From contig CAZYXS010000005.1 in the NCBI GenBank assembly GCA_964650955.1, positions 1 to 45,383 of the forward strand: DNA of 45,383 nucleotides, read 5' to 3'. Position 1 is the stretch's first letter, and every line of letters begins with the position of its first letter. The notes under the pieces were generated by a model that had not been told where the DNA came from, made no database searches, and saw only the letters and a program-made list of their open reading frames with translations. Shown here piece after piece: positions 34,383-43,433 of this stretch. The position numbers and the translations under genes were made by a program. Source of the DNA: an uncultured Desulfuromonadales bacterium. Its GTDB lineage: Bacteria > Desulfobacterota > Desulfuromonadia > Desulfuromonadales > CAZYXS01.

Positions 34383-35852
34383 TCAGGGTGTCAAGGGAAA
34401 GCTGAGGGTGACCGTGGTCCCCGCGCCAAGCTGGCTCTGGATGCGGATGGCTCCGCCATGGGCGTCCATGATGTTCTTGGTGATGGTCAGGCCGATACCC
34501 AGACCCCCGGCTGCGGTGGTGGAGTTGTTGGCGCGGAAAAACTTCTCCAGGGCGCTCTCGGCCTGGGCCGAAGTCATGCCGATCCCCTGGTCGGATATGG
34601 AGATTTCCGCGTGTGCCTCCACCACCTTGAACAGCAGGTGCACGGGGCTGCCGGAGGGGGAATATTTGATGGCATTGGAAAGCAGGTTTTCCAGCGCCTG
34701 CACCACTTTACCCCGGTCAAGACGGGGGCAGACCGGTGCCGGGGGGTGGTCGAGGATGAACCGGCGGTCCGGGTAAAGTCGCCGATATTGCTCGGTAAGC
34801 TGGCGCAGTTCGTTGGCGAGATCGCAGGGGGCGACTTCCAGCGGCAGGGTGTTGCCGAATTCGATCCGCCCCAGGTCAAGCAGGTCGTCGACGATATCTG
34901 CCAGGTTGAGGGCTTTCTGGTGGATGTAGTTGAGGCACTCCCGCTGCAGTTCGGGTGCGAGGGGCTCTGGTTCGAGCAGCAGTTCGGCATAGCCCAGCAC
35001 CGAGGTCAGGGGGGTGAGCAATTCGTGGGCCGCCGTGGAGATGAAGTCGTTTTTCAGGTTGTCCACTTCCCGTTCGCGGGTGATATCCCGCAGGGTGGTG
35101 ATTTTGCCGGTGCGCTCTCCCTCCTTGTTGACCACCCAACTGGTTTGCCCCTGGAGATACCGGGGAAGCTGTTCGGAATCCTCCAAATCCAGTTGCAGGG
35201 GGGGGAACTTGCCGCCATCGTCGGCAATATGGCGGAAATAATCCCGCAGGGGGTCGGGACCGATGACGGCCCCGATTGGCTGGCCGATCACCTCATGCCA
35301 GTGGTGGGGGAAATAGGGTTCGGCGGCACGGCTCGCCAGGACCAGTCGGTCGTCCAGATCGGTGACGATCAGGCCGTCGCTGGCCGAGCGAAGGATAGCG
35401 AAAATCTGGTCCCGCGCGGCCTCTGCGACACCCAGGGCCGCTTTCAGATCCTCGGCCGCTTGCTGTTTTTCCTGCTGCAGCCGCTGCTCCTTCAGGGCTC
35501 GGCGGGTTGCGGGGCCGAGGCGGGCCAGGCGATCTTTGAGCAGGTAGTCGGTGGCCCCCAACTTGATGATTTCCACCGCCCGTTCCTCACCGACGCTTCC
35601 AGAGACGAGGATGAAGGGGAGGGTGGGATCGTGCTCCCGGACCAGTTGCAGGGCTTTCAGGGGGTCGAAGCCGGGCAGGTTGTAATCGGCGAATACCACC
35701 TCGGGCTGCCGGCGCAACTGCGCAACGAAGTCCGCTTCGCAATCGACCCGGACCCACTCGATAACAAACCCGTTTTTGCGCAGATGCCGCAGCATCAGTT
35801 CGGCATCGTCTGCCCGGTCTTCAAGAATCAGCACCTTCAGCGGCCGTTCCAT
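34383..35852 (-). CDS. receiver-PAS-histidine kinase (REC-PAS-HisKA-HATPase_c)
   Basis: ATG at 35852 after GGAAGGAG. VLILEDR / VVFADYNLPGFD receiver. H-box STAAHELLTPLTSV. G-boxes DQGIGM and GGLGIGL. Confidence 0.85.
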   Translation of the reverse strand: MERPLKVLILEDRADDAELMLRHLRKNGFVIEWVRVDCEADFVAQLRRQPEVVFADYNLPGFDPLKALQLVREHDPTLPFILVSGSVGEERAVEIIKLGATDYLLKDRLARLGPATRRALKEQRLQQEKQQAAEDLKAALGVAEAARDQIFAILRSASDGLIVTDLDDRLVLASRAAEPYFPHHWHEVIGQPIGAVIGPDPLRDYFRHIADDGGKFPPLQLDLEDSEQLPRYLQGQTSWVVNKEGERTGKITTLRDITREREVDNLKNDFISTAAHELLTPLTSVLGYAELLLEPEPLAPELQRECLNYIHQKALNLADIVDDLLDLGRIEFGNTLPLEVAPCDLANELRQLTEQYRRLYPDRRFILDHPPAPVCPRLDRGKVVQALENLLSNAIKYSPSGSPVHLLFKVVEAHAEISISDQGIGMTSAQAESALEKFFRANNSTTAAGGLGIGLTITKNIMDAHGGAIRIQSQLGAGTTVTLSFPLTP

Positions 35853-35894
35853 GTCAAGCCGGCTCCTTCCCGCGGGCTTGGCCCGCAACGCCGA

Positions 35895-37922
35895 TCATTC
35901 CAGGGTGAAGTAGACGGTGGCTCCCTTGCCGATTTCCCCCTCCATCCAGACCCGACCGCCGTGGCGCTGGATGATGCGGTGGACGATGGCCAACCCGACC
36001 CCTGTGCCTTCGAACTGTTCGGACCGGTGCAGACGCTGAAATACGTTGAACAGCTTATGCTGGTAGGCCATGTCGAAACCCACACCGTTGTCCCTAATAT
36101 AATAGACCGCTCCCCCCGGTTTCTCCAGTGCGCCCACCTCAATGATTGCCACGGGGACGGTCCGGGTGAATTTCACCGCGTTTTCCAGCAGGTTGAAAAG
36201 AGCCTGTTGCAGCATGGCGGGATCGCCATTCACCGTAGGCAGGGGATGGACCTGGAACATGATCCGGCGCCCCGCCAGTTCGGGCTGCAGCAGTTTGCGG
36301 CAGTGTTCGACCAGTTCACCCAAGGCGACCGGCTCCCACTGCAAAGGCTTGCGGTCCATCTGCGCGAAAGCCAGGAGATCGTCAATCAGACGTCCCATCT
36401 GCTGGGCGTTCTGGCTGATGCGGCCGAGCAGCCGGTGGGCCTCATCCGAGAGCTCTTGGTCATGGTCCTCCAGGAGAATCTCGGCGAAGCCGCTGATGGA
36501 ACGCAGGGGTGCCCGCAGGTCATGGGAAACCGAGTAGCTGTAGGCTTCCAATTCCTGATTGGCTCGTTGCAGTTGGGCGGTCCGGTCGGCGACCCGTTCT
36601 TCCAGTTCGATGTTGAGCCCCCGCACCCGGCTTTCGCTTTCCTGCAGGGCTTTTTCCGCCCGCTTGCGCTCGGTTACGTCCTGGATAATGACGATGGCCC
36701 CCATCATGTTGCCCTCATCATCCTTCAGAGGCAGGGCCGAATGCAGAATGGTTTTGCGGCTGCCATCGAAACAGAGAATGTCGATCTCCTCGTCGAGGGA
36801 GGTTTCCCCGTTGCGGATGGCCCGGGCCATCCCCCATTCCTCGGCAGCGATCGGCTCTCCCGAGTGGTTCCACCAGCCCTTATATTCTCCGTATCCCTCG
36901 ATGCCGACCAGGCGTTCCCCCTCCCAGATCTTGCGCCCGACGGGGTTGCTGTAGAGCAATTGGCCGTCGGCATCGGCCAGCCAGACCCCGACAGGCATCG
37001 ATTCGATGACCTGGCGCAGCCGGGCTTCGCTCGCCGCCAATCTGCTCTCTGCGAGTTTGGCTTCGCTGATGTCCTGGATGGTTCCGACCGCGTAGCTGGG
37101 CTCGCCGTGGTCGTCGAACTGGGTCTGGCAGCGCTCATGGACGTATTTGAGGGAGCCGTCCTCCAGCAGCAGGCGGTAATCGAGGGTATAGCTTCCCTTA
37201 TGCACCCTGGCCTGTCGCTGCGCCTCGGCGACCCGTTGGCGGTCGTCGGGGTGCACCCTGTCGAGCAACCGCTGCCAGTTCGGGCGAAAGGACTGGGGCT
37301 TGCTGCCCAGCAGTCGAAACAATTGATCGGACCACTGCAGGGTGCCGCTGTGCAGATCGATTTCCCAATGGCCGATCTGGGCGATTTCCTGGGCTTCCTT
37401 CAACCGCTCCTCCGAGCGGGTCAGGGCGCGATGCTCAGCCCGCAGTTTTTCCACAGTCTCCGCCAGCTTGCGGTTGAGACTGGTGTCGTACATGGCCAGC
37501 AGCGCCTCCGAGGCGGCCGTGGGTGGGGGCGGTGGCGGGAGCTCCCCAAGGCGGTACTGCTCCAAGGCGTCGTGAATGATGCGGGCGAATTGGGGGCTTT
37601 CCATCGGCTTGGTGACGAAACGGGTCGCTCCCAGGCTCATGCCAAGGCGCCGGTCTTCCTCCTCGAGGAAAGTGGCGGTGTAGAAGATAAAAGGCAGGTC
37701 CTTCAAGGTCGAATGCTTACGTACCTCCCGGCAGAGACGGAAACCGTTCATGATCGGCATCATGATGTCGGCAATGATGATCTCCGGCGGCTGCTCCAGG
37801 GCCAGTTCCAGCGCCTCTGCGCCGTTTTCCGCCGCTCTGACCTGGTGGCCGTCAGCCTCCAGCATCTGCTGCAGCAGGTAGCGACTTTCCGGGTTGTCTT
37901 CGGCGATCAGGATGCGGGCCAT
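35895..37922 (-). CDS. receiver-PAS-PAS-histidine kinase
   Basis: ILIAEDN / IIIADIMMPIMNG receiver. Two PAS blocks (IGHWEIDL..., MPVGVWLADADG...). H-box SVSHDLRAPLRSISGF. DNGVGF and GTGVGLAI. Confidence 0.85.
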   Translation of the reverse strand: MARILIAEDNPESRYLLQQMLEADGHQVRAAENGAEALELALEQPPEIIIADIMMPIMNGFRLCREVRKHSTLKDLPFIFYTATFLEEEDRRLGMSLGATRFVTKPMESPQFARIIHDALEQYRLGELPPPPPPTAASEALLAMYDTSLNRKLAETVEKLRAEHRALTRSEERLKEAQEIAQIGHWEIDLHSGTLQWSDQLFRLLGSKPQSFRPNWQRLLDRVHPDDRQRVAEAQRQARVHKGSYTLDYRLLLEDGSLKYVHERCQTQFDDHGEPSYAVGTIQDISEAKLAESRLAASEARLRQVIESMPVGVWLADADGQLLYSNPVGRKIWEGERLVGIEGYGEYKGWWNHSGEPIAAEEWGMARAIRNGETSLDEEIDILCFDGSRKTILHSALPLKDDEGNMMGAIVIIQDVTERKRAEKALQESESRVRGLNIELEERVADRTAQLQRANQELEAYSYSVSHDLRAPLRSISGFAEILLEDHDQELSDEAHRLLGRISQNAQQMGRLIDDLLAFAQMDRKPLQWEPVALGELVEHCRKLLQPELAGRRIMFQVHPLPTVNGDPAMLQQALFNLLENAVKFTRTVPVAIIEVGALEKPGGAVYYIRDNGVGFDMAYQHKLFNVFQRLHRSEQFEGTGVGLAIVHRIIQRHGGRVWMEGEIGKGATVYFTLE

Positions 37923-37925
37923 GCT

Positions 37926-38309
37926 TCAAGCTCCTCGCGATGAGTCGATAAAGGCAGTAACCGTGGCGACGAAAGAATCGGGGTCAATCGGTTTTTCCAC
38001 GTATCCCTGGCAACCGGCGGCAAGGATCTGCTCCCGGTCCCCGGCCATGGCATAGGAGGTGACGGCCACCACCGGAATGGCAGCGGTACCGGCCTGAGCC
38101 TTGAGCCGGCGGACGACCTCGTAGCCATCCATCTCGGGCAACTGGATGTCGAGCAGGATCAGGGCGGGTTGCGACTGTTGGCTGAGAGCCAGACCCTCTT
38201 CGCCGCTGCGGGCCTGCAGTACAGGATAGCCGGCACTTTCCAGCAGAAAGGTGGCGAGGTAGATGTTCTGCTCGTTGTCCTCGATCACCAGGATGGTATT
38301 GTCAGGCAT
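37926..38309 (-). CDS. single-domain response regulator (CheY-like receiver)
   Basis: ILVIEDNE, LILLDIQLPEMDG, VVAVTSYA and YVEKP. 127 aa. Overlaps the upstream kinase gene by 8 nt. Confidence 0.88.
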   Translation of the reverse strand: MPDNTILVIEDNEQNIYLATFLLESAGYPVLQARSGEEGLALSQQSQPALILLDIQLPEMDGYEVVRRLKAQAGTAAIPVVAVTSYAMAGDREQILAAGCQGYVEKPIDPDSFVATVTAFIDSSRGA

Positions 38310-40074
38310 GGTTGCTCTCCTTGGTCAGCGGCAGGGTGAAACTGAAGGTGCTGCCTTCCCCGATCTGGCTTTTCACCCGGATTTCCCCCCCGAGCATATG
38401 GACCAGACGGCGGCAGATGAACAGGCCGAGTCCGGTCCCGTCGTAGCGGCGGGAGAGGCCCGAGTCGAGCTGGCGGAAGGACTGGAAGAGCTTGTCCAGG
38501 TCCTGCTCGCGAATGCCGATGCCACTGTCCCGCACTGTAAATTCCAGGCAGGTTTCGCGACGCCGACAGAGAATCTCCACTCCGCCATGCTCGGTGAACT
38601 TGACGGCGTTGCTCACCAGATTGAGCAAAATCTGTTTGACCCGGCGGCCGTCGCTCTCGATGCTGTCCACCTCTGGAGCGATGGTGACCGTGAGGCTCAG
38701 GCCCTTTTTTTCAGCCTGTTGCGCCAGGCTGCCGCTAACCTGCTCGATCAGTTCCGGGATTTGGACCGGTTCGGAGACGATGACCAGTTCCCCCGACTCG
38801 ATCTTGGAAATATCGAGGATGTCGTTGATCAGGTTGAGCAGGTGGCGGGCGCTCCCCATGACCATTTTCAGCTGCTTTTTCTGCTCGAAATTCAGCGGTC
38901 CGGGCATCTCCTTGAGGAGGATGGAGCTGAAGCCGATGATGGAATTGAGGGGGGTGCGCAGCTCATGGGACATGGAGGCGATGAACATCGATTTGACCCG
39001 ATCCAGGTCCTGCAGTTGCAGGTTGGCTTCGTTCAACTGGTCCACCAGTTGCTGGAGGCGGTTCTGGGCCGACTGCAGTTCCGCGGTGCGCTCCTGCACC
39101 TTCTCCTCCAGGGAGGTGGCATAGCGGACCCGCTGCTGGTAGAGATTGGCATTCTCGATGGCCAAGGCGATGGGAGGAGAGACCGTTTCCAACAGCTTCA
39201 GGCTGCGCTCGTTCGGTTTGTGGTCGCTGCGGGTGAAGATGCAGAGGACCCCCACGCAGCGGCCAGCCGTGACCAGGGGGAAGGCAGCGTGGAAATGGAT
39301 CTCCTCGTTACGTGTCACTTCCCGGGTGGAATAGTTCAGGACCTCCTCCCGGTTGCGGAGGATCAGCGGCTTCTGCTCCAGGGCACAGCGGCCGCAGAGG
39401 CAGTCGCCGATGCGGACCACATTTTCAGTCAGGTCGGCAAGGGTCTCCGGCGAGGTCTCCCGGTGGGCGGCCAGGTGCAGCGCCTCGTCGGGCTGGACGA
39501 AACAGATCGTCCCTCCTTCCAGCCCGGTGATGGCCAGGGCCTGGTCCATGACCCGGTCGAGGATTTCCTTGACGTCGAGTACGCTGGCGCAGGTCATCAC
39601 CAGGTGATTGATGGCCCGCAGGTCCTCGTTGGCCTGGGCCAGCTCCAGGGTGCGCTCCTTGACCTGGTCCTCCAGTTGGGCATGGGCTTGGCGAACCTCC
39701 TCTTCAGCCTGCTTCAGGCGGGCGGCCGCACCTATTTTGGCCAGCAGAATCTGGTCCGAAACCGGCTTGGCGATGTAATCGAAGGCCCCCATCTCCAGGC
39801 CGGCGACCACCCGGTCCTCGTCCCGGTAGCGGGCGGTCAGGAAGATCACCAGGATGTTGCGGGTGGCCTGGTCCTGCCGCAGCCGGTTGAGCACTTCGTA
39901 GCCGTCCATGCCCGGCATCTGGGCATCGAGCAGCACGATGTGCGGCTGTTCCTTGCGGGCCATCTCCAGGGCCTCGGGGCCGCTGTAGGCCCGCAGCAGT
40001 TCGTAGCGGTCCTCGAGGATCTGGCAGGCCAGTTCCACATTGTCCCGGTTGTCGTCGACGATAAGGACTTTCAC
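38302..40074 (-). CDS. receiver-GAF-histidine kinase
   Basis: VLIVDDN / VLLDAQMPGMDG receiver, coiled coil, GAF-like block (ILDRVMDQALAITG...CVGVLCIF). H-box SMSHELRTPLNSIIGF. DSGIGI and GTGLGL. Confidence 0.85.
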   Translation of the reverse strand: MKVLIVDDNRDNVELACQILEDRYELLRAYSGPEALEMARKEQPHIVLLDAQMPGMDGYEVLNRLRQDQATRNILVIFLTARYRDEDRVVAGLEMGAFDYIAKPVSDQILLAKIGAAARLKQAEEEVRQAHAQLEDQVKERTLELAQANEDLRAINHLVMTCASVLDVKEILDRVMDQALAITGLEGGTICFVQPDEALHLAAHRETSPETLADLTENVVRIGDCLCGRCALEQKPLILRNREEVLNYSTREVTRNEEIHFHAAFPLVTAGRCVGVLCIFTRSDHKPNERSLKLLETVSPPIALAIENANLYQQRVRYATSLEEKVQERTAELQSAQNRLQQLVDQLNEANLQLQDLDRVKSMFIASMSHELRTPLNSIIGFSSILLKEMPGPLNFEQKKQLKMVMGSARHLLNLINDILDISKIESGELVIVSEPVQIPELIEQVSGSLAQQAEKKGLSLTVTIAPEVDSIESDGRRVKQILLNLVSNAVKFTEHGGVEILCRRRETCLEFTVRDSGIGIREQDLDKLFQSFRQLDSGLSRRYDGTGLGLFICRRLVHMLGGEIRVKSQIGEGSTFSFTLPLTKESNHA

Positions 40075-40098
40075 CTCAACCTCGCGAAAAAGATGGGG

Positions 40099-43000
40099 TC
40101 AAGAAGGATGTATCTCCGATCGGGTAACCTGTTCCCCTGCTGCCGCTGGTGCCGCGGGTTCCAGGGTGCGGGGGAAGCTCAGCTCCAGGGTCGTCCCTGC
40201 CCCTGGTCGACTGGCGAGACGGATCTCCCCCTGCAGCAGGGTGACGAAATTCTTCACGATCGCCAGTCCCAGCCCCGTCCCCCCCGAACGGCGCTTGTCG
40301 CTGCCGTCCCCTTGCACAAAGGCCTCGAAGATCAGGGCCTGCTGCTCCGGGGCAATTCCCGGGCCGGTGTCGCTGACCTGGATGAGGATGCGATCTGGGG
40401 CGTCGGCGTTCGGGCCAACCTGCAGGCGGATCGATCCCTCCTCGGTGAATTTGATGGCATTGCCGATCAGGTTCACCAGAATCTGGCGCAGTTTGCCCCG
40501 GTCCGACTCCATGCCCAGGTCCGCATCGGCAGCCTGTAGCTGCAGTTGCAACCCTTTTTCCGCCGCCAGGGGTTCGGTCAGCTCCAGCACCTCCTGCAGC
40601 AGCACCTGCAGGTCGAAGGATTCGGGAAAAACCTCCATCCGGCCCGCTTCGATCTTGGCGATATCGAGCAGGCTGTTGATCAGTTCCAGCAACTGGTGGG
40701 CGTTGCGCCGCACGGTGCGCAAGTTGCCCACCTGGCGTTCCGGGAGAACCTCGGCTGAAGTTTTCAGCACCCGTTCGGTAAAACCGATGATGGAATTCAT
40801 CGGCGTGCGCAACTCATGGGACATGTTGGCCAGAAACTCCGACTTCAACCGGGTCGCCTTCTCCAGGTCCGCTGATTTTTCCTCCAACTCCCGGGTCCGC
40901 TCCGCGACCAGTTCCTCCAGCCGGGTGCGATGGTTCTGCAGTTCCAGCTCCGTCTGTTTGCGCAGGGTGATGTCACGCACGATGCAGATGACCTGCATTC
41001 CTTCGGGAGTTGCCAAGGGGCTGAGGCTGATCTCCAGAGGAAATTCGCTGCCGTCTTTACGCAGGCCGAATAACTCCAGCTCCGAACCCATCGGCCGGAT
41101 GCTGGGGCTGTTCAGGAATTCGGCCTGGTGGCGTTCGTGTCGCTCGCGGTAGCGCTCCGGCAACAGCCGGCTGTGCAGTTCACCCCGCAACTCGTTCCGA
41201 TCATAACCGAACAGGCGTTCGGTTTGATCGTTGACCAGCGCGATGCGATGCTCCGCGTCCATGATCACGATGCCGTCTGGAGCTGCCTGCACCAGACGGC
41301 GGAATCGGCTTTCGCTGGCATGCAGCCGCTCCTGTGACTGGCGGTGATCGAGAATCTCCTGCTGCAAATGCTGGTTGCTCTGACGCAATTCAGCAGTGCG
41401 GATCTCCACCCGGTTCTCCAGCTCTGCCCGGGCCAGTTGCAATTCTGCCTGGGCCCTCTCCCGTTCGCTGACCTCCTCCTCGAGTTGCCGGTTGCTCTCC
41501 TGCAGGTCGGCGGTGCGGAGGGTCACCACCCGCTCGGTCATCACCTTGCGACCGACCACCAGCAGCAGGAAACTGCCCAGTAGGCTGCTGAAGAACAGCC
41601 CCCCGGTCAGCACTGCCCAGGCACCCCACAGCTGCTGTCCGGCCAGGTTGGCCGCAGTGGGGGTCAGCCTCAGCAGCCAGCGCCGGGTGCCGACCTCGAA
41701 CTGTTGCTCCCAGCCAAGGGTCCCCGGGTCCAATCGCTCTGTCGGTGGCAGATGTGGGGGTTGCAGGTCCGGTCTGGCATAGAGGAACTGTTCGTCGAAG
41801 GCTGCGGTCAAATCATACAGCGACAGTGCGAATCCCTCATGGGCAAGGGGTTTCAAGGCCGCCTCCACCATGCCTGGGATATGGAAGACGCCGCAGACCG
41901 CCCCCAGGTACTGTTGCTGACGCTCTGCCATGGTTTCGGGAATCTTGGCCCCTGTGTAGATGGGGATCATCAGCAAAATGCCAAAATCCTCCCCCCCGCC
42001 CTGCACCAGGGTGATCCGCTGGGTCGCGACAGGCTTGCCGCTGTCCCGCGCCAAATGGAGGGCTTCCCGGCGGCTGGTCGAGGAAGCCAGATCGAAGCCA
42101 AGGGCCGCCTCGTTGCCGCGATAGGGCTCAAGGTAATAGACCGGGGCGTACTCTGCGCGTTCTGTGGCGGGAACCAACCGGCCATCCGGGGTCCGCTCGG
42201 TCACAGCAAAGTTGGTGAATCCATCGGCGCGGGCGCGAAGCTCATAGTCGGCCCGTTCTTCGGCACGGACCCGCGGTACCCACTCCAGGGCCTGAATACC
42301 CGGGTGGCGTTGAAAGGCATAGGCCACGAATTGCTGGAACTCGTTGCGGTCGACCTGCTGGCTCGACTGGAACAGGCCTTCGATGGAAAAGAGCACATCG
42401 TGATAGATCTGCAAGTTGGTCCTCACTGCCTGAGCCAGGTGTTCGGCCTGGCTGGCAAAGACCAGCTTGCGGTTACGCCATTCGGCGCCCCGCACATGCA
42501 GGAAAAGCCCGACCGTCAGCGTGACGGCCACCAGCAGGGGCAGAATCACCGACAACCGTGTCAGGCGCTGGGTTTGCTGCAGTTCCATTTTCCAGGCGGC
42601 CACCAGGGGGACCAGTACAGCAACTCCGAGACTGTCGCCAACCCACCAGGTAAACCAATGGGTCAGAAGGTCGCCCGCAACGATCCGCCCCGCCAGGGTC
42701 AGGGCCAGGATGCCCAGTGAGGCGCTGATCAGGCAGCTCACCGGGCCTCCGACCACCACCATCAGGGTGATGCCGGGTAGACGATTCAAGGAAAGGGGAA
42801 AGCCCACCAGGCGGCGGATCAGAATGCCGCCGCAGACCGCTTGCAGGCATGCCCCCGCGGCGATGGCTGAGGGAAGGGTGAGCGAATCGAACAAGGCCGC
42901 CACAGAGCTGCCATCGAAGCTGGTGCCGACATTGACCAGCAACGACCCCAAGAAAATGCCAGGCCAGACCCGGGAGCCCCAGACCAGGCAGGCCGCCAGG

Positions 43001-43119
43001 GCCAAGCCTGCCGCTGGCCAGACCGCCGTCGCGTACCCGGGGGGTATGGCCAGCAACAGCGCCAGTTTACCGGCGACGAAATAGCCGCTGGCCAGCAGTG
43101 CGATATGCAAAGGCAACAT
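40099..43119 (-). CDS. membrane sensor histidine kinase: MASE1-like multi-TM N-terminus + CHASE-like periplasmic domain + TM + PAS + HisKA + HATPase_c
   Basis: 1006 aa. About 6-8 N-terminal TM helices (AGKLALLLAIPPGYATAVWPAAGLALA is MASE1-like). CHASE-like block (GIQALEWVPRV...YAPVYYLEP...ALGFDL). PAS block (APDGIVIMD). H-box NMSHELRTPMNSIIGF. DTGPGI and GTGLGLAI. Confidence 0.8.
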   Translation of the reverse strand: MLPLHIALLASGYFVAGKLALLLAIPPGYATAVWPAAGLALAACLVWGSRVWPGIFLGSLLVNVGTSFDGSSVAALFDSLTLPSAIAAGACLQAVCGGILIRRLVGFPLSLNRLPGITLMVVVGGPVSCLISASLGILALTLAGRIVAGDLLTHWFTWWVGDSLGVAVLVPLVAAWKMELQQTQRLTRLSVILPLLVAVTLTVGLFLHVRGAEWRNRKLVFASQAEHLAQAVRTNLQIYHDVLFSIEGLFQSSQQVDRNEFQQFVAYAFQRHPGIQALEWVPRVRAEERADYELRARADGFTNFAVTERTPDGRLVPATERAEYAPVYYLEPYRGNEAALGFDLASSTSRREALHLARDSGKPVATQRITLVQGGGEDFGILLMIPIYTGAKIPETMAERQQQYLGAVCGVFHIPGMVEAALKPLAHEGFALSLYDLTAAFDEQFLYARPDLQPPHLPPTERLDPGTLGWEQQFEVGTRRWLLRLTPTAANLAGQQLWGAWAVLTGGLFFSSLLGSFLLLVVGRKVMTERVVTLRTADLQESNRQLEEEVSERERAQAELQLARAELENRVEIRTAELRQSNQHLQQEILDHRQSQERLHASESRFRRLVQAAPDGIVIMDAEHRIALVNDQTERLFGYDRNELRGELHSRLLPERYRERHERHQAEFLNSPSIRPMGSELELFGLRKDGSEFPLEISLSPLATPEGMQVICIVRDITLRKQTELELQNHRTRLEELVAERTRELEEKSADLEKATRLKSEFLANMSHELRTPMNSIIGFTERVLKTSAEVLPERQVGNLRTVRRNAHQLLELINSLLDIAKIEAGRMEVFPESFDLQVLLQEVLELTEPLAAEKGLQLQLQAADADLGMESDRGKLRQILVNLIGNAIKFTEEGSIRLQVGPNADAPDRILIQVSDTGPGIAPEQQALIFEAFVQGDGSDKRRSGGTGLGLAIVKNFVTLLQGEIRLASRPGAGTTLELSFPRTLEPAAPAAAGEQVTRSEIHPS

Positions 43120-43223
43120 GCCGCCTCGATTAGGGTTCCCTGATTCGTCTGGGAGGCTGAGGGGCTCTTGCAGGGTGGTTCGGCCTCCAACCCTGAATAT
43201 TGAGTAATGTGGTAATTATATGG

Positions 43224-43236
43224 TCATTTCAATGAA
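43224..43236. repeat. copy 1 of the 13-nt motif TCATTTCAATGAA (contains the palindromic core TTCA-A-TGAA)
   Basis: Exact 13-mer repeated at 43399-43411. This copy abuts a minus-strand TATAAT (plus-strand coordinates 43215-43220) upstream of the kinase operon. Confidence 0.7.
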
Positions 43237-43360
43237 ATACTACTTTTTTCGATGCAGGTAAAAAGCATTTTGTGTTTTTTTTGCCAGGATTAAGAGCGGC
43301 TGTAAGTAGGGCTGTGGTGGTGATTTGTGCAGCGTGGGCTGCGGATAGGCGCAGCCAGGC

Positions 43361-43388
43361 TTGACAGCGGGTTGGCGGGCGGTATATT
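43361..43388 (+). promoter_or_regulatory. candidate sigma-70 promoter of the cytochrome gene
   Basis: TTGACA (43361-43366), 16-nt spacer, TATATT (43383-43388). The palindrome GGCTGCG-N6-CGCAGCC (43337-43356) lies immediately upstream. Confidence 0.5.
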
Positions 43389-43398
43389 TGGGTCTAAA

Positions 43399-43411
43399 TC
43401 ATTTCAATGAA
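43399..43411. repeat. copy 2 of the 13-nt motif TCATTTCAATGAA
   Basis: Lies 11 nt downstream of the cytochrome -10 element, around the expected transcription start, which is an operator-like position. Confidence 0.7.
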
Positions 43412-43433
43412 GAAAAATGAAGAAGGAGGTTTC

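Noticed and set aside
34458-37943. 1161-aa plus-strand ORF spanning two kinase genes and the gap between them.
   Set aside because: It is a shadow of two well-supported minus-strand kinase genes with intact REC, PAS, H-box and G-box motifs. The plus-strand product is low-complexity and has no RBS context.
38263-42720. Plus-strand ORFs of 758, 370 and 338 aa opposite the REC-GAF kinase and the MASE1/CHASE kinase.
   Set aside because: The same shadow-ORF reasoning applies. Their compositions are dominated by G, R, Q, L and P, and they have no recognisable domains.
43407-43433. Upstream ATG that would add MKKNEEGGF to the cytochrome.
   Set aside because: The strong GAAGGAGG RBS lies inside this extension and serves the ATG at 43434. 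That start gives a standard signal peptide.
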